A stretch of 64,000 bases of DNA from an uncultured Collinsella sp. (GTDB lineage: Bacteria > Actinomycetota > Coriobacteriia > Coriobacteriales > Coriobacteriaceae), in contig CAUEQD010000006.1 in NCBI GenBank assembly GCA_959019945.1, forward strand, positions 47,611 through 111,610, read 5' to 3'. Shown piece by piece: positions 25,485-36,796 of this stretch; positions within the stretch are counted from its first letter, which is position 1; each line of letters starts with the position of its first letter. The position numbers and the translations under genes were made by a program. The notes under the pieces were generated by a model. The model did not search any database, was not told where the DNA came from, and was given only the letters and a program-made list of their open reading frames with translations.

Positions 25485-26846
25485 ATGGATACTGTTCTGA
25501 GCGTTCTCTCATCGGTCTTTTGGGGCCTGCTGATGCTTTCCGTCCTTGTGTTTTTGCACGAGGGCGGCCACTTTTTGGCGGCGCGTGCCTGCGGCGTCCG
25601 TGTGACCGAGTTCTTTTTGGGCCTGCCGTGCCGCTTTGACATCCATTACACGTCGCGTCGCATTGGAACCAAGTTTGGCGTGACCCCGCTGCTGCTGGGT
25701 GGCTACGCTGCCATCTGCGGTATGGATCCGACCGACGTCTCGTGCGCTGATCGCGTGCTCGCGGCTATCTATCGTCATGGTCGCGTGACCGTGGCCGACC
25801 TTGCCGCCGAGCTCGAGCTATCCGAGGAGGATGTGCTCGAGGCATGCGCCTTGCTCTTGGGTTGGGGCTCTATCGCGCCTTGGTATGAGGAAGGGGAGAA
25901 GCCCTCGCCGAGCTACTATCCCACCAAGTATCAGACGCTGCCGCGAGACGCGGCGGGTTACACCACCTTTGACGGCCGCCGTTTCGATCGAGAGCATGCG
26001 ACTACCGAGGGCGATGTGTGGGAACTGCCGTGCGGCGAAGCCGAGTTTCTTGCGCAAGAGCGTTCGCATACCTATCTGGGCCAGGGTTTTCTCAAGCGCG
26101 CCTTTATGCTGCTCGCGGGCATTCTCGTCAATATCCTGACGGGCTTTTTGCTGCTTATGAGCATCTACTCTATTGCGGGTGTCACCGTGCCGATGGATAC
26201 CAACGTGATCGGTCAGGTTGACGAGGGGTCTATTGCCGCCAAGGCGGGTATCGAGGGCAGCGACGCGATCCTTTCGGTTGACGGAGTATCGTGCTCTACC
26301 TGGATGGACGTTTACGATGCCATCGGCAAGGCTGCCGGTAAGGACGATATCGCCATCGAGTACGAGCGTGACGGCAAGCAGCATTCGACCACGGTTGCGC
26401 TCAAAGAGGACGAGCGCCTAGGTGTGTATGCCTCTACGCAGGTGGTCCGTTTAGACCCCATCACGTCGGCTCGCCTGTCGTTCTCCTATGTCGTGCAGAC
26501 AGCGGAGGGCGTGATGCGCCTGCTCCAGCCGCAGCATACGATGGAGATTCTCGATCAGTCTTCTTCGATCGTGGGTATTAGCGTTATGTCCTCACAGGCT
26601 GCCGCTGCCGGCCCTGCCACGTTCCTGTCGTTTGCCGCCCTCATTTCGTTCTCGCTTGGCTTTATGAACCTGCTGCCCATCCCACCACTCGATGGCGGCA
26701 AGCTGGTCATCGAGATCATTCAAAAGATTGCGGGCCGCGAGCTACCTCTCAAGGTCCAGACGATTGTGAGCTATGTGGGCATCGCGCTCTTTGCGCTGCT
26801 GTTTGTCTATATGCTTCGTTCCGACATCCTTCGATTTATTCTGTAG
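25485..26846 (+). CDS. rseP: RIP (site-2) zinc metalloprotease, RseP-like
   Basis: HEGGHFLAAR (HExxH), a PDZ-like middle region, and NLLPIPPLDGG. An alternative TTG start lies at 25470. Confidence 0.9.
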   Translation: MDTVLSVLSSVFWGLLMLSVLVFLHEGGHFLAARACGVRVTEFFLGLPCRFDIHYTSRRIGTKFGVTPLLLGGYAAICGMDPTDVSCADRVLAAIYRHGRVTVADLAAELELSEEDVLEACALLLGWGSIAPWYEEGEKPSPSYYPTKYQTLPRDAAGYTTFDGRRFDREHATTEGDVWELPCGEAEFLAQERSHTYLGQGFLKRAFMLLAGILVNILTGFLLLMSIYSIAGVTVPMDTNVIGQVDEGSIAAKAGIEGSDAILSVDGVSCSTWMDVYDAIGKAAGKDDIAIEYERDGKQHSTTVALKEDERLGVYASTQVVRLDPITSARLSFSYVVQTAEGVMRLLQPQHTMEILDQSSSIVGISVMSSQAAAAGPATFLSFAALISFSLGFMNLLPIPPLDGGKLVIEIIQKIAGRELPLKVQTIVSYVGIALFALLFVYMLRSDILRFIL

Positions 26847-26850
26847 GGGA

Positions 26851-27942
26851 GTGTTTGGATTGTCTTTATCCCATCCTTTGCCTCGCGAGTTGACGCGCCC
26901 CGTGCATGTGGGCGGTGTGCAGATCGGTGGCGGCGCGCCGGTGGTGGTCCAATCCATGACCTGCACCGATACCGCTGATGCCCAGGCAACGCTTGCGCAA
27001 GTGTGCGCGTTGGCGCAGGCTGGCTGCGATATCGTGCGTGTGAGCGTGCCCACCGAGGCCGCGCTTGAGGGTTTCCGCACCATCTGTGCCGAGTCTCCGG
27101 TGCCAATCGTTGCCGATATCCACTTTAACCACAAGCTGGCCATTGGCGCTGTGGAGGCCGGTGCCGCCAAGCTCCGCATCAATCCCGGTAATATCGGCGA
27201 TTGGGCCAAGGTCGATGCTGTCATCGATGCCGCGGGTGCTGCGGGCTGCGCAATTCGCATCGGTGTCAACGCTGGTTCGCTTGAGCAGGATATCGCCGAG
27301 CGCGACGACCTCACGCAGCCCGAAAAGCTCGTGATGTCGAGCGAGCGCTTCGTCAAGCACTTTGAGGACCGCGGCTTTACGAACATTGTGCTTTCGGCCA
27401 AGGCCCATAGCGTACAGACGACGCTCGATACCTATCGAGCCCTGTCGCGTGAGATTCCCCACGTTCCGCTTCACCTGGGCGTGACGGAGGCGGGGACCAA
27501 GCTCCAGGGCACCATCAAGAGCTCTGTAGGCTTGGGTATCTTGCTTTCCGAAGGCATTGGCGACACCATGCGTGTGTCGCTCACAGCCGATCCGGTTGAG
27601 GAGCCGCCGGTTGCCTGGGGTATTCTGCAGTCGTTGGGCCTGCGTCGCCGTGGCCCCGAGATTGTCTCGTGCCCCACGTGCGCCCGCTGCCAGGTTAACC
27701 TTATTCCCATTGCCGAGGAAGTAACCGAGCGGCTTAAGAACTATACCGCGCCGCTTTCGATTGCCGTTATGGGATGTGCCGTTAATGGCCCCGGCGAGGC
27801 TTCTGATGCCGACCTGGGCGTTGCTTGCGGACGTGGTCAGGCCTTGCTCTTTTCGCATGGCCAGATCATTGGTAAAGTAGCTGAGGACCAAATTGTCGAC
27901 GCGCTTATGGCAGAGGTCGACAAGCTTATTGAGGAGAAATAA
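26851..27942 (+). CDS. ispG: 4-hydroxy-3-methylbut-2-en-1-yl diphosphate synthase (flavodoxin)
   Basis: VQSMTCTDTAD, RINPGNIG, and the SCPTCARC...GCAVNGPGE cluster. The start is GTG 26851 or TTG 26860. Confidence 0.93.
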   Translation: MFGLSLSHPLPRELTRPVHVGGVQIGGGAPVVVQSMTCTDTADAQATLAQVCALAQAGCDIVRVSVPTEAALEGFRTICAESPVPIVADIHFNHKLAIGAVEAGAAKLRINPGNIGDWAKVDAVIDAAGAAGCAIRIGVNAGSLEQDIAERDDLTQPEKLVMSSERFVKHFEDRGFTNIVLSAKAHSVQTTLDTYRALSREIPHVPLHLGVTEAGTKLQGTIKSSVGLGILLSEGIGDTMRVSLTADPVEEPPVAWGILQSLGLRRRGPEIVSCPTCARCQVNLIPIAEEVTERLKNYTAPLSIAVMGCAVNGPGEASDADLGVACGRGQALLFSHGQIIGKVAEDQIVDALMAEVDKLIEEK

Positions 27943-29664
<1,722 letters not shown>

Positions 29665-29694
29665 TCGACGATTTCGCTTGTAGTTCGATATGTG

Positions 29695-29745
29695 GGACGG
29701 CCCCGCATTTCTCCAATCGGGGAGATGCGGGGCCGTCCTATTATC
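29695..29745 (+). terminator. Hairpin after proS
   Basis: GGACGGCCCCGCAT-N16-ATGCGGGGCCGTCC followed by TATTATCTT. Confidence 0.65.
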
Positions 29746-29762
29746 TTGTAGCATCCTCGATA

Positions 29763-29806
29763 TCTAAAAGGAAAACCCCACAGCCCATGCGAGCTGCGGG
29801 GTTTTC
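29763..29806 (-). terminator. Rho-independent terminator of the convergent minus-strand gene
   Basis: On the minus strand: GAAAACCCCGCAGC-N8-GCTGTGGGGTTTTC followed by CTTTTAGA. Confidence 0.7.
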
Positions 29807-29842
29807 CATTATGCCTCCGATGCGAAATAAATCGCTCAGATA

Positions 29843-30607
29843 TTACTGATAATCGACGACGTCGATCCAGTTCTTCAGGAACTCATCGTTCACGTTGCGC
29901 TTACGAGCGAGCTCGGAAGCGGCGACGATGCTCGTCCACTGACGCACGACCTGCATGGGCATGTCGGCACGGTCGCAGTAGAGCTCCAGGTAGGCCTCGG
30001 CCTGATCCTTGCTGTTGAGGGCAAAGAGCAGGTAGGTGGTGGCAACGTCGGCAGCAGGGGAGCCCTGGGTGGCGTGTGCCCAGTCGCACACATAGAGCTG
30101 GCCGTCGTCGCCGACGATGACGTTGGAGGGGTTGAAGTCGCCGTGGCAGACCTTGAACTCCTTGGTCATGCCGTCCAGACGCTCCTGAAGGTTGTAGCGC
30201 GTGGTGGCATTGAGCTGATCAAGGCTGTCGATCATGCGGGCGTACTTGTCGCGCTGACGGTTGAGCAGCGGGGAGGTGTAGCCGTGGATCTCGATCTGGA
30301 GGTCGACGAACATCTCGAGGTACTCACCAAAGCGCTGGGGCTCGGCAGTCATCTTCTCGGCAAGGGTGGTGCCCGGAACCTTCTCGGTCACGAGCGCCCA
30401 GCCGTTGGCGTTCTCGAGCTGGGAAACCTCGAGAGCCTTGGGGCTGCGGATGCCGCACTCATTGATGCGGGCAAGATTCAAAGCCTCGTTGAACACGTCG
30501 GAGACAGGCTTGGTCTCGTTAAAGACCTTGACGATCTTGTCGCCCAGGTCGTAAACGACCTTGTTGCCACGGCGGACGAGCTCGGTCTTGGAATCGGGTA
30601 GCAGCAT
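29843..30607 (-). CDS. Phosphotransferase enzyme family protein (APH/choline-kinase-like)
   Basis: VCHGDFNPSNVIV...YVCDW is the Brenner/APH catalytic motif. Confidence 0.8.
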   Translation of the reverse strand: MLLPDSKTELVRRGNKVVYDLGDKIVKVFNETKPVSDVFNEALNLARINECGIRSPKALEVSQLENANGWALVTEKVPGTTLAEKMTAEPQRFGEYLEMFVDLQIEIHGYTSPLLNRQRDKYARMIDSLDQLNATTRYNLQERLDGMTKEFKVCHGDFNPSNVIVGDDGQLYVCDWAHATQGSPAADVATTYLLFALNSKDQAEAYLELYCDRADMPMQVVRQWTSIVAASELARKRNVNDEFLKNWIDVVDYQ

Positions 30608-30640
30608 GGTTGCATCCTTTCAACGATGCGATAGAAGCGA

Positions 30641-30677
30641 CGGCGGGGGTGTGTGAAACACCCGTGCACCCCCGCCG
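30641..30677 (-). terminator. 11-bp GC hairpin downstream of adhE
   Basis: CGGCGGGGGTG-N15-CACCCCCGCCG. There is no downstream U-tract on the minus strand. Confidence 0.4.
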
Positions 30678-30696
30678 CAAAAAACCGTGCTAAAAA

Positions 30697-33345
30697 CTAG
30701 CAGACGGCGTAGTCCTGGGGCTCGCGGCCGTAGTAGGCGTCCAGGTAGAGCTCCTTGATCTCGCTCATGAGCGGGTAGCGCGGGTTAGCGCCGGTGCACT
30801 GGTCGTTGAATGCCTGCTCGGTCATCTCGTCGAGGGTGTCGAGGAAGTACTGCTCGTCAACACCGTAGTCGGCGATGGTCTTCTTGACACCGATGAAGTC
30901 CTTGAGCTCCTCGAGCTTCGTGATGAAGTTCTCGAAGACCTCCTTGTCGTCCTTGCCCTCGATGCCGCAGTACTTGGCCATCTCGGCGTAGTTGTGCAGC
31001 GCGTTGGGGTAAGGATACTGGGAGAAGGTACCCATCTTGACGGGAGCCTCGGCGGCGTTGTAGCGCATGACGCGGGTCAGGATGACGGCGTTAGCGATGC
31101 CGTGGGGCAGGTGATGGAAAGCGCCGAGCTTGTGAGCCATGGAGTGGTTGAGGCCCAGGAAGGCGTTGGCGAAGGCCATACCGGCCATGCAGGAGGCGTT
31201 GTGCATCTCCTCGCGGGCGTGCGGGTCCTTGGCGCCGTTCGTGAAGCTGGAGGGCAGGTTCTCAAAGACGAGCTTGGCAGCGCGCTCGGAGAGGCCCTTG
31301 GTGTAGTCGGAAGCCATGATGGAGACGTAGGACTCGATGGCGTGGGTCATGACGTCGATGCCGGAGGCAGCGGTCAGGCCGCGCGGGGCGGTCATGCAGT
31401 TGTCGGCGTCGACGATAGCCATGTTGGGGAGCAGCGCGTAGTCGGCGAGCGGCCACTTGATGCCGGTTTCCTTGTCGGTGATGATGGCGAACGGCGTGCA
31501 CTCGGAGCCGGTACCCGAAGAGGTCGGGACGGCGACGAAGTAGGCCTTCTTGCCCATCTCGGGGAAGGTGAAGATACGCTTGCGGATGTCCATGAAGTCC
31601 ATGGCCATGTCCTCAAACTTGCACTCGGGGTGCTCGTACATCATCCACATGATCTTGCCGGCGTCCATAGCGGAGCCACCGCCGACGGCGATGATGACGT
31701 CCGGCTCAAAGAGAGCCATCTGCTTGGCGCCGCGACGTGCGCACTGCAGCGACGGATCGGGCTCGACGTCGTAGAAGCAGTCGTGGGCGATGCCCATCTC
31801 GTCGAGCTTGGCCTCGATGGCGCGGGTGTTGCCATTCTTGAAGAGGAACTGGTCGGTAACGATGAAGGCGCGCTTCTTGCCCATGACGTTGCCCAGCTCG
31901 TCGAGGGCGACGGGCGTGGAACCCTTCTTGAAGTAGACCTTCTCGGGAGCGCGGAACCACAGCATGTTCTCACGGCGCTCGGCCACAGTCTTAACGTTGA
32001 TCAAGTGCTTCACCCCAACGTTCTCGGAGACGGAGTTGCCGCCCCAGGAGCCGCAGCCCAGGGTCAGAGACGGCTTCATGCCAAAGTTGTACAGGTCACC
32101 GATGCCACCGTGCGAGGACGGGGTGTTGATGACGATACGGCAGGCCTTCATGACGTGCTCGAACAGGCTGATCTTCTCGGCCTGGGCGGGGTGCACGTAC
32201 AGAGAGGCGGTGTGGCCCGGGCCACCGGCGAGCACCAGGTGCTCGGCCTTGTCGACGGCCTCCTGGAAGTCCTTGGCGTGATACATGGCCAGGACCGGGG
32301 AGAGCTTCTCGTGGGAGAACTCCTCCTTGGCGGGGTCGGTGGAGGTGACCTCGGCGATCAGGATTTTGGTCTTGGCGGGAACCTCGATGCCGGCGAGCTC
32401 GGCGATCTTGGCGGCAGCCATGCCGGGGATGCGGTGATCGAGGGCGCCGTTCTTGAACATGGCGGCACGCAGGGCCTCCATCTCGGCACCCTGCTTGACG
32501 AAGTAGCAGCCGCGCTTCTGGAACTCGGCCTTGACCTGGTCATAGATGGTGTCGATGACGGTCACGGACTGCTCGGAAGCGCAGATCATGCCGTTGTCGA
32601 AGGTCTTGGAGTGGATGATGGAGTTGACGGCGAGCAGCACGTCGGCGGTGTCGTCGATGACGACCGGGGTGTTACCGGCGCCAACGCCCAGGGCGGGCTT
32701 GCCCGAGGAGTAGGCGGCCTTGACCATGCCCGGGCCACCGGTGGCGAGGATGATGTCGACGTCGCGCATGACCATGTTGGTCAGCTCGATGGAGGGGACA
32801 TCGACCCAGCCGATGATGCCCTCGGGGGCGCCGGCCTTGACGGCGGCGTCAAGCACGAGCTTGGCGGCGGCGATGGTGCACTTGGCGGCAGCCGGGTGCG
32901 GGGAGATGATGATGGCGTTGCGGGTCTTCAGGCTGATCAGCGTCTTGAAGATCGCGGTGGAGGTGGGGTTGGTCGTCGGGATGACGGCGCCCACGATGCC
33001 GATGGGCTCGGCGATCTTGGTGATGCCGTAAGCCTCGTCGCGCTCCAGGACACCACAGGTCTTGGTGTTCTTGTAAGCGTTATAGATGTACTCTGCGGCG
33101 TAGTGGTTCTTGATGACCTTGTCCTCAAGAACGCCGCGGCCGGTCTCCTCGATGGCCATCTTCGCCAACGGGATACGAGCCTTGTTGGCGGCCATGGCGG
33201 CCTCATAGAAGATCTTGTCGACCTGCTCCTGCGTGTACGTAGCAAAAAGCGCCTGGGCCTCTCGCATCTGAGCGAGCTTAGCCTCAAGCGCCTCTACGTT
33301 GTCCACAATTGCGGGAGTAGTGTTTTCCGGTGACTTTTTCACCAT
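30697..33345 (-). CDS. adhE: Bifunctional acetaldehyde-CoA/alcohol dehydrogenase
   Basis: 882 aa with an N-terminal ALDH domain and a C-terminal Fe-ADH domain (GGGSAMDAGK, HSMAHKLG). AAGGAGA lies upstream. Confidence 0.96.
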   Translation of the reverse strand: MVKKSPENTTPAIVDNVEALEAKLAQMREAQALFATYTQEQVDKIFYEAAMAANKARIPLAKMAIEETGRGVLEDKVIKNHYAAEYIYNAYKNTKTCGVLERDEAYGITKIAEPIGIVGAVIPTTNPTSTAIFKTLISLKTRNAIIISPHPAAAKCTIAAAKLVLDAAVKAGAPEGIIGWVDVPSIELTNMVMRDVDIILATGGPGMVKAAYSSGKPALGVGAGNTPVVIDDTADVLLAVNSIIHSKTFDNGMICASEQSVTVIDTIYDQVKAEFQKRGCYFVKQGAEMEALRAAMFKNGALDHRIPGMAAAKIAELAGIEVPAKTKILIAEVTSTDPAKEEFSHEKLSPVLAMYHAKDFQEAVDKAEHLVLAGGPGHTASLYVHPAQAEKISLFEHVMKACRIVINTPSSHGGIGDLYNFGMKPSLTLGCGSWGGNSVSENVGVKHLINVKTVAERRENMLWFRAPEKVYFKKGSTPVALDELGNVMGKKRAFIVTDQFLFKNGNTRAIEAKLDEMGIAHDCFYDVEPDPSLQCARRGAKQMALFEPDVIIAVGGGSAMDAGKIMWMMYEHPECKFEDMAMDFMDIRKRIFTFPEMGKKAYFVAVPTSSGTGSECTPFAIITDKETGIKWPLADYALLPNMAIVDADNCMTAPRGLTAASGIDVMTHAIESYVSIMASDYTKGLSERAAKLVFENLPSSFTNGAKDPHAREEMHNASCMAGMAFANAFLGLNHSMAHKLGAFHHLPHGIANAVILTRVMRYNAAEAPVKMGTFSQYPYPNALHNYAEMAKYCGIEGKDDKEVFENFITKLEELKDFIGVKKTIADYGVDEQYFLDTLDEMTEQAFNDQCTGANPRYPLMSEIKELYLDAYYGREPQDYAVC

Positions 33346-33502
33346 TTGTGTCTCCTTGCGATCGGAGATTTACCCTACGCCTTGCATGATAGCAAGAAAT
33401 TATTCGGCGAACGGTCAGATTCCTTTAAAAGGCACACTAAAACGCTTCAATAAACTGAAACGTTTTAACTAAAACTATTTGCCTGCTCTTCCGCCCCGCT
33501 CG

Positions 33503-33529
33503 TTGGGGACAGGCTTACTTGGGACAGAC
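33503..33529. repeat. REP-like doublet, left side
   Basis: TTGGGGACAGGCTTACTTGGGACAGAC. Each half is the reverse complement of GTCTGTCCCCAA with one change. Confidence 0.6.
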
Positions 33530-33659
33530 ATTGTTTTGCCATTTTGCCGTTCTGGGCCTGTTATTGCCGCTTATTGGATATAAATAGGTTGCAGGCTCAG
33601 CATTTCGCGTTGCTTCTCTCCTTTTAGGTGTTGCCTGAACAGTTTTGAAAGGAGAGATT

Positions 33660-34436
33660 ATGCCCCGATGCGCCCGCCCCGTTTCGATCACTGGCTATTA
33701 CCACGTCTTTGACCGCGGCAACTCCAAACAGATTATTTTTGAAGATGACTCCGACCGTTATCGTTTCTTATCGGATATCTCGGACAGGTTTGCGCGCCAT
33801 GAAGTGGCGGTGTTGGCTTGGTGCCTTATGGACAATCACTTCCATTTGATGGTTGATGACCCATTTGACAACCTTTCAAAGGCAATGCAGTGCGCGCTGA
33901 CGGCATATGCTAAGTATTTCAATGGGAAAACGGGGAGAACAGGCCATCTGTTTGACAATCGCTATTCACGGGTCGCGGTTGAGTCGGACACGCAGGCGGT
34001 ACAGCTGCTCGATTATATCCATCTCAATCCCGTGAAAGGTGCGCTCGACTCGCTCGAGGCGTACCGCTGGTCAAGCTACAAGGCATATCAGCTGGGCTAT
34101 GATCCCTTTGACATCTGTGATGCGGCCCCTATGCTCGATATTGTCGGAGGCTCCCGTTGCTATTGCGAGCATCTCGAGGAAGTTGCCGGGCGCATCTGGT
34201 CAGTGGAGGTTCTTCCACGCCGGCGGATCCCCGATGAGGAGGCCCTTTCCGTTGCGCATGAAGTCCTGCCGAGCATAGATCCTGCGCTGCTCAAGGCCCT
34301 GCCACGCCCCGATCGCGATGCCTGTCTGCTGAGGCTCAGGCGGGCGCATCTCACGGTCAAGCAAATTGCCCGTATCACCGGCATCGGCGCTACAAGCGTA
34401 ACCAAGGCCACCGCGGGCTGGAACGAGGCGGCGTGA
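33660..34436 (+). CDS. IS200-like/REP-associated tyrosine (Y1, HUH) transposase with a C-terminal HTH tail
   Basis: NHFHLMV (HUH), GRTGHLFDNRY and DYIHLNPVKGAL. The tail is LTVKQIARITGIGATSVTKA. AAAGGAGAG precedes ATG 33660. Confidence 0.8.
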   Translation: MPRCARPVSITGYYHVFDRGNSKQIIFEDDSDRYRFLSDISDRFARHEVAVLAWCLMDNHFHLMVDDPFDNLSKAMQCALTAYAKYFNGKTGRTGHLFDNRYSRVAVESDTQAVQLLDYIHLNPVKGALDSLEAYRWSSYKAYQLGYDPFDICDAAPMLDIVGGSRCYCEHLEEVAGRIWSVEVLPRRRIPDEEALSVAHEVLPSIDPALLKALPRPDRDACLLRLRRAHLTVKQIARITGIGATSVTKATAGWNEAA

Positions 34437-34468
34437 GGCAGGGGCCGAACCGCTGCTGGCATGCGTTA

Positions 34469-34520
34469 CGTCTGTCCCCAATGCGTGAAAACACTCATGT
34501 AAGTCTGTCCCCAATGAGTG
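34469..34520. repeat. REP-like doublet, right side
   Basis: CGTCTGTCCCCAATGCGTG and AGTCTGTCCCCAATGAGTG are direct repeats whose start positions are 33 nt apart. Confidence 0.65.
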
Positions 34521-34521
34521 C

Positions 34522-34553
34522 AAAAAAGCGCCCTCCGTAGGGGAGGGCGCCTT
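34522..34553 (-). terminator. Rho-independent terminator of rpmB
   Basis: On the minus strand: GCGCCCTCC-CCTAC-GGAGGGCGC followed by TTTTTT. Confidence 0.8.
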
Positions 34554-34622
34554 TGGTAAGTTCTATATGAACGCGAGGTCTTTGACCCGGAGAGTCCGAG
34601 GTACTTGTTGGTAAGACCTTAT

Positions 34623-34811
34623 TTAGGAGCGCGCAACCTTGCCGGACTTGAGGCAGGTGGAGCAAACGTTCATCTTGCGACGGTGACCATCGACGACGAC
34701 GTAGACGCGCTGGATGTTGGGGCGGAACTTACGGTTGGTGACGCGGTGAGAGTGGCTGATGGAGCGACCGGCAACGGGGTGCTTACCGCAAACTTCGCAA
34801 ACTTTGGACAT
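34623..34811 (-). CDS. rpmB: 50S ribosomal protein L28
   Basis: MSKVCEVCGKHPVAGRSISHSHRVTNRKFRPN. AAGGAGGG lies upstream of ATG 34811. Confidence 0.93.
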   Translation of the reverse strand: MSKVCEVCGKHPVAGRSISHSHRVTNRKFRPNIQRVYVVVDGHRRKMNVCSTCLKSGKVARS

Positions 34812-35129
34812 AACTGACCCTCCTTGGGCGACAAACGAACATGTCGCGTTAACAAACAAGCCTGAACTATAGCACAGAAGCAGCTCCCTGTGCGTAATCT
34901 ACACAGAGATATTCCTCTTTTGGCGATAGTGCTCACGCCACGGCCCTGGACGTAGATCCGATTTGCGTGCAGCAGAGGGGATTATGCCAGCTCGTGCGTG
35001 CGTTTTCAAGCTCGTCCCACAAATATATATAGGTTTATTGAGCATTGGGCTCCGTTTACGGATTGCTCTGTATTTATGCTCGCAATTAAGCTCGAGGTTG
35101 GCTACACTATTCCTTGACCATTAAAGGGG

Positions 35130-35225
35130 TACGAGATGCCCACATGGAATTACATAGCTGCCAAAGAGCAGCCCTTCCTGTGGGTGTCTGGTCCGCTTTA
35201 AGCGGTCGGGCATCTATTTTTTTGA
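35130..35225 (+). promoter_or_regulatory. Putative PyrR-responsive attenuator in the pyr leader
   Basis: The stem-loop GCTG-CCAAAGAG-CAGC resembles the CCAGAGAG PyrR binding core. GATGCCC (35134) is complementary to GGGCATC (35209). A hairpin is followed by a T7 run at 35217-35223, just before pyrR. Confidence 0.45.
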
Positions 35226-35250
35226 CTGTGTCAGCAGTCAAGACATGTGA

Positions 35251-35847
<597 letters not shown>

Positions 35848-35851
35848 TACC

Positions 35852-36796
35852 GTGGCGTTCAACCATAAGCACCTGATCGACATTACCGAGTACTCCGAAG
35901 AGGACATCAAGCTCATCCTCGAGACCGCCAAGGCGTTCTCCGAGGTCAACGAGCGTGCCATCAAGAAGGTCCCCACGCTCAAGGGCAAGACCATCGTCAA
36001 CATGTTCAACGAGCCCTCGACGCGCACCCGCAGCTCCTTCGAGCTCGCCGAGAAGCGTCTTTCGGCCGACAGCCTCAACTTTGGCGGCTCCTCGACCTCC
36101 ACGGTCAAGGGCGAGAGCCTCGTCGACACCGTCGAGACCCTCAACGCCTACAAGATCGACTGCATCGTCGTGCGCGATAAGCACGCCGGTGCTCCCTACA
36201 TCGTCACGCAGAACTCGCCCGCGAGCGTCATCTGCGCCGGTGACGGCAAGCACAACCATCCCACGCAGGCCCTGCTCGACCTGTACACCATCTGGGAGCA
36301 CAAGGGTGACTTCCACGGTCTGAAGGTCGCCGTCGTCGGCGATATCGCGCACTCCCGCGTCTGCGGCTCGCTGATCCCCGCCCTTAAGATCATGGGCTGC
36401 GAGACCTACGCCGTCGCCCCCGGCACGCTGCTGCCGCCGGCGCCCGAGGTCCTGGGCTGCGACCACGTGACGAGCGACCTCGATTCCGTCCTGCCCGAGC
36501 TGGACGTCGTCTACATGCTGCGCGTGCAGCAGGAGCGTCTCGAGGGTGCCCCGTTCCCGACCATTCGTGAGTACCACAAGCTCTTCGGTCTGACCAAGGA
36601 CCGCGAGAAGCTCATGAAGCCCGACGCGATTATCTGCCACCCGGGCCCCATCAACCGCGGTGTCGAGTTCGACTCCTATATGGCCGACCACCCGCAACGC
36701 TCCGTCATCCTGGAGCAGGTCTACGCCGGTATCTGCGTGCGTATGGCTATCCTGTATCTGCTGCTTGGAGGTGCCGATAATGGCCTTGCTTCTTAA
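35852..36796 (+). CDS. pyrB: Aspartate carbamoyltransferase catalytic subunit
   Basis: STRTRSSFE, HPTQALLD and HPGP. GTG 35852 follows GGGAGGTGAG; an alternative GTG lies at 35840. Confidence 0.93.
   Translation: MAFNHKHLIDITEYSEEDIKLILETAKAFSEVNERAIKKVPTLKGKTIVNMFNEPSTRTRSSFELAEKRLSADSLNFGGSSTSTVKGESLVDTVETLNAYKIDCIVVRDKHAGAPYIVTQNSPASVICAGDGKHNHPTQALLDLYTIWEHKGDFHGLKVAVVGDIAHSRVCGSLIPALKIMGCETYAVAPGTLLPPAPEVLGCDHVTSDLDSVLPELDVVYMLRVQQERLEGAPFPTIREYHKLFGLTKDREKLMKPDAIICHPGPINRGVEFDSYMADHPQRSVILEQVYAGICVRMAILYLLLGGADNGLAS

Larger units (their letters stand above)
33500..34520 (+). mobile_element. RayT-like Y1 transposase gene bracketed by inverted REP-like doublets (REPtron-like unit)
   Basis: Left side: TTGGGGACAGGC and TTGGGACAGAC (33503-33529). 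Right side: two GTCTGTCCCCAATG copies (34469-34520) in the opposite orientation. Confidence 0.6.

Noticed and set aside
33346-33500. A Rex operator (TTGTGAA-N6-TTCACAA) upstream of adhE.
   Set aside because: I found no match. Only the AAACG(C/T)TT-type half-palindromes reported separately are present.
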